A stretch of 64,000 nt of DNA from Podarcis cretensis (taxonomy: Eukaryota), in assembly GCA_951804945.1 (NCBI GenBank), contig OX638152.1:32178001-32242000 (forward strand). The letters are read 5' to 3'. The position numbers and the translations under genes were made by a program. The notes beneath the pieces are model-generated. The model was not told the DNA's origin and made no database searches. It worked only from the letters and a program-made list of their open reading frames with translations. Shown piece by piece: positions 63,005 through 64,000 of the stretch. The number at the start of each line of letters is the position of its first letter. Positions within the stretch are counted from its first letter, which is position 1.

Positions 63005-63290
63005 TTTCCTTCTGGGTACCTTCACAGTGGACAGATGTAGATGAATTGGAGGGAATTCAGAGAACAGCAACAAGGATGATTAAAGGGCTCAAGGGATTGA
63101 CTTATTAGGGAAGAAGATTAAAGGAACTAAATATGTCTAGGTTGGCTAACTGGTAACTTAAGACGGGACATGAATTATAACTACCTAGATGTGTTTGAAG
63201 GATGTAATCAGCAAGGAAAGCGAGATTTTCCAGGGTGGTTCAAAGGAGAGGACATAGCATCTTAGGGAAGCATTTAGCCTGAGCATTAGA
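63005..63290 (+). mobile_element. Old CR1 ORF2 remnant
   Basis: Translates to FWVPSQWTDVDELEGIQRTATRMIKGL, then ERLKELNM. Confidence 0.8.
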
Positions 63291-64000
63291 CAAAAGTGTG
63301 ATGGAAAAAACTCTGTGAGAAAAATGATGCAATTTTGTTGACTATATTTTAATACCTGTACATATTAGTTATGCTTAGGCAAAATATGTGATCATTTGTA
63401 TATTCAGAGTTACAAGCAGGTCCAACTTTGTATCTGAACTTGCATGGCAAGTGCTGACAAAAACTAGAGCCAAAACTAGGATCACTGTGAAACAACAGAG
63501 AGATAGCAGCATCCCTGGGGAAAACCAAATGCACAGTATTGCCCAATGAGAACTGAACATGCTCACAAGTTTTGGAATGTTAGGAAAGTTCTTCCTCTTT
63601 GCATGTAGATTTTACTCATGAGCAGAATGCCTGAATAGTCTGAACATCTTGCAGCAATGTGCTTTGGGCGCACAACTGTACAATGGTTACAGTTAAGCAA
63701 CTGCTGATACAGTTTTTAGGATTTGATTTGGTTTCCATCTGGATGTTTTAGTGATTGGAGTTCTTCAATGCCGTTGCCTTCTTCAGAATGGGCCAGTAGA
63801 CTTGGGAACACACCTTTGGGAATTAAATTCGGTATTGCTTTAGCTCAGACATGTTGTTGATCTGCGCTGAAGAAAACAGGGATGACAGGGAAGTGTCCAC
63901 AGTCAGAAAACCTGCAGAGATGGAGCTATCACTGCAGACAGCATTAGCTGAAGGGTAAGAAGAAGCCACACCAAGGGGCAACAGTTGTATGAAAGGGATG

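Overview
This is eukaryotic vertebrate DNA: AT-rich, CpG-depleted and repeat-rich. The repeat complement (Sauria SINE, tRNA-headed SINEs with CR1 tails, CR1, L2 and non-mammalian L1 LINE fragments, Tc1/mariner and hAT MITEs) points to a squamate reptile, probably a lizard. I recognise no host protein-coding gene, functional RNA gene, CRISPR array or prokaryote-type system. The only ORFs with recognisable products are retrotransposon ORF2 remnants (L1 at 35.1-35.9 kb, CR1 at 39.7-40.2 kb). The window reads as a large intron or gene desert with a 247-N assembly gap at 7361-7607. Between the repeats are several unique blocks that keep their CpGs and are rich in homeobox-type motifs; they resemble conserved non-coding elements, but I cannot confirm conservation. 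The best-supported curiosities are transposon architecture: three hAT MITEs stacked at one reused target site, a young L1 with a perfect 17-bp target-site duplication (TSD) inside a SINE, a hAT-like element with a long internal palindrome, two SINEs with different tRNA heads on one CR1 tail, and an inverted pair of LTR-like repeats. I found no convincing evidence of a new biological system. Repeat boundaries are approximate unless TSDs or terminal inverted repeats (TIRs) are quoted, and family names come from recall, not from a database search.
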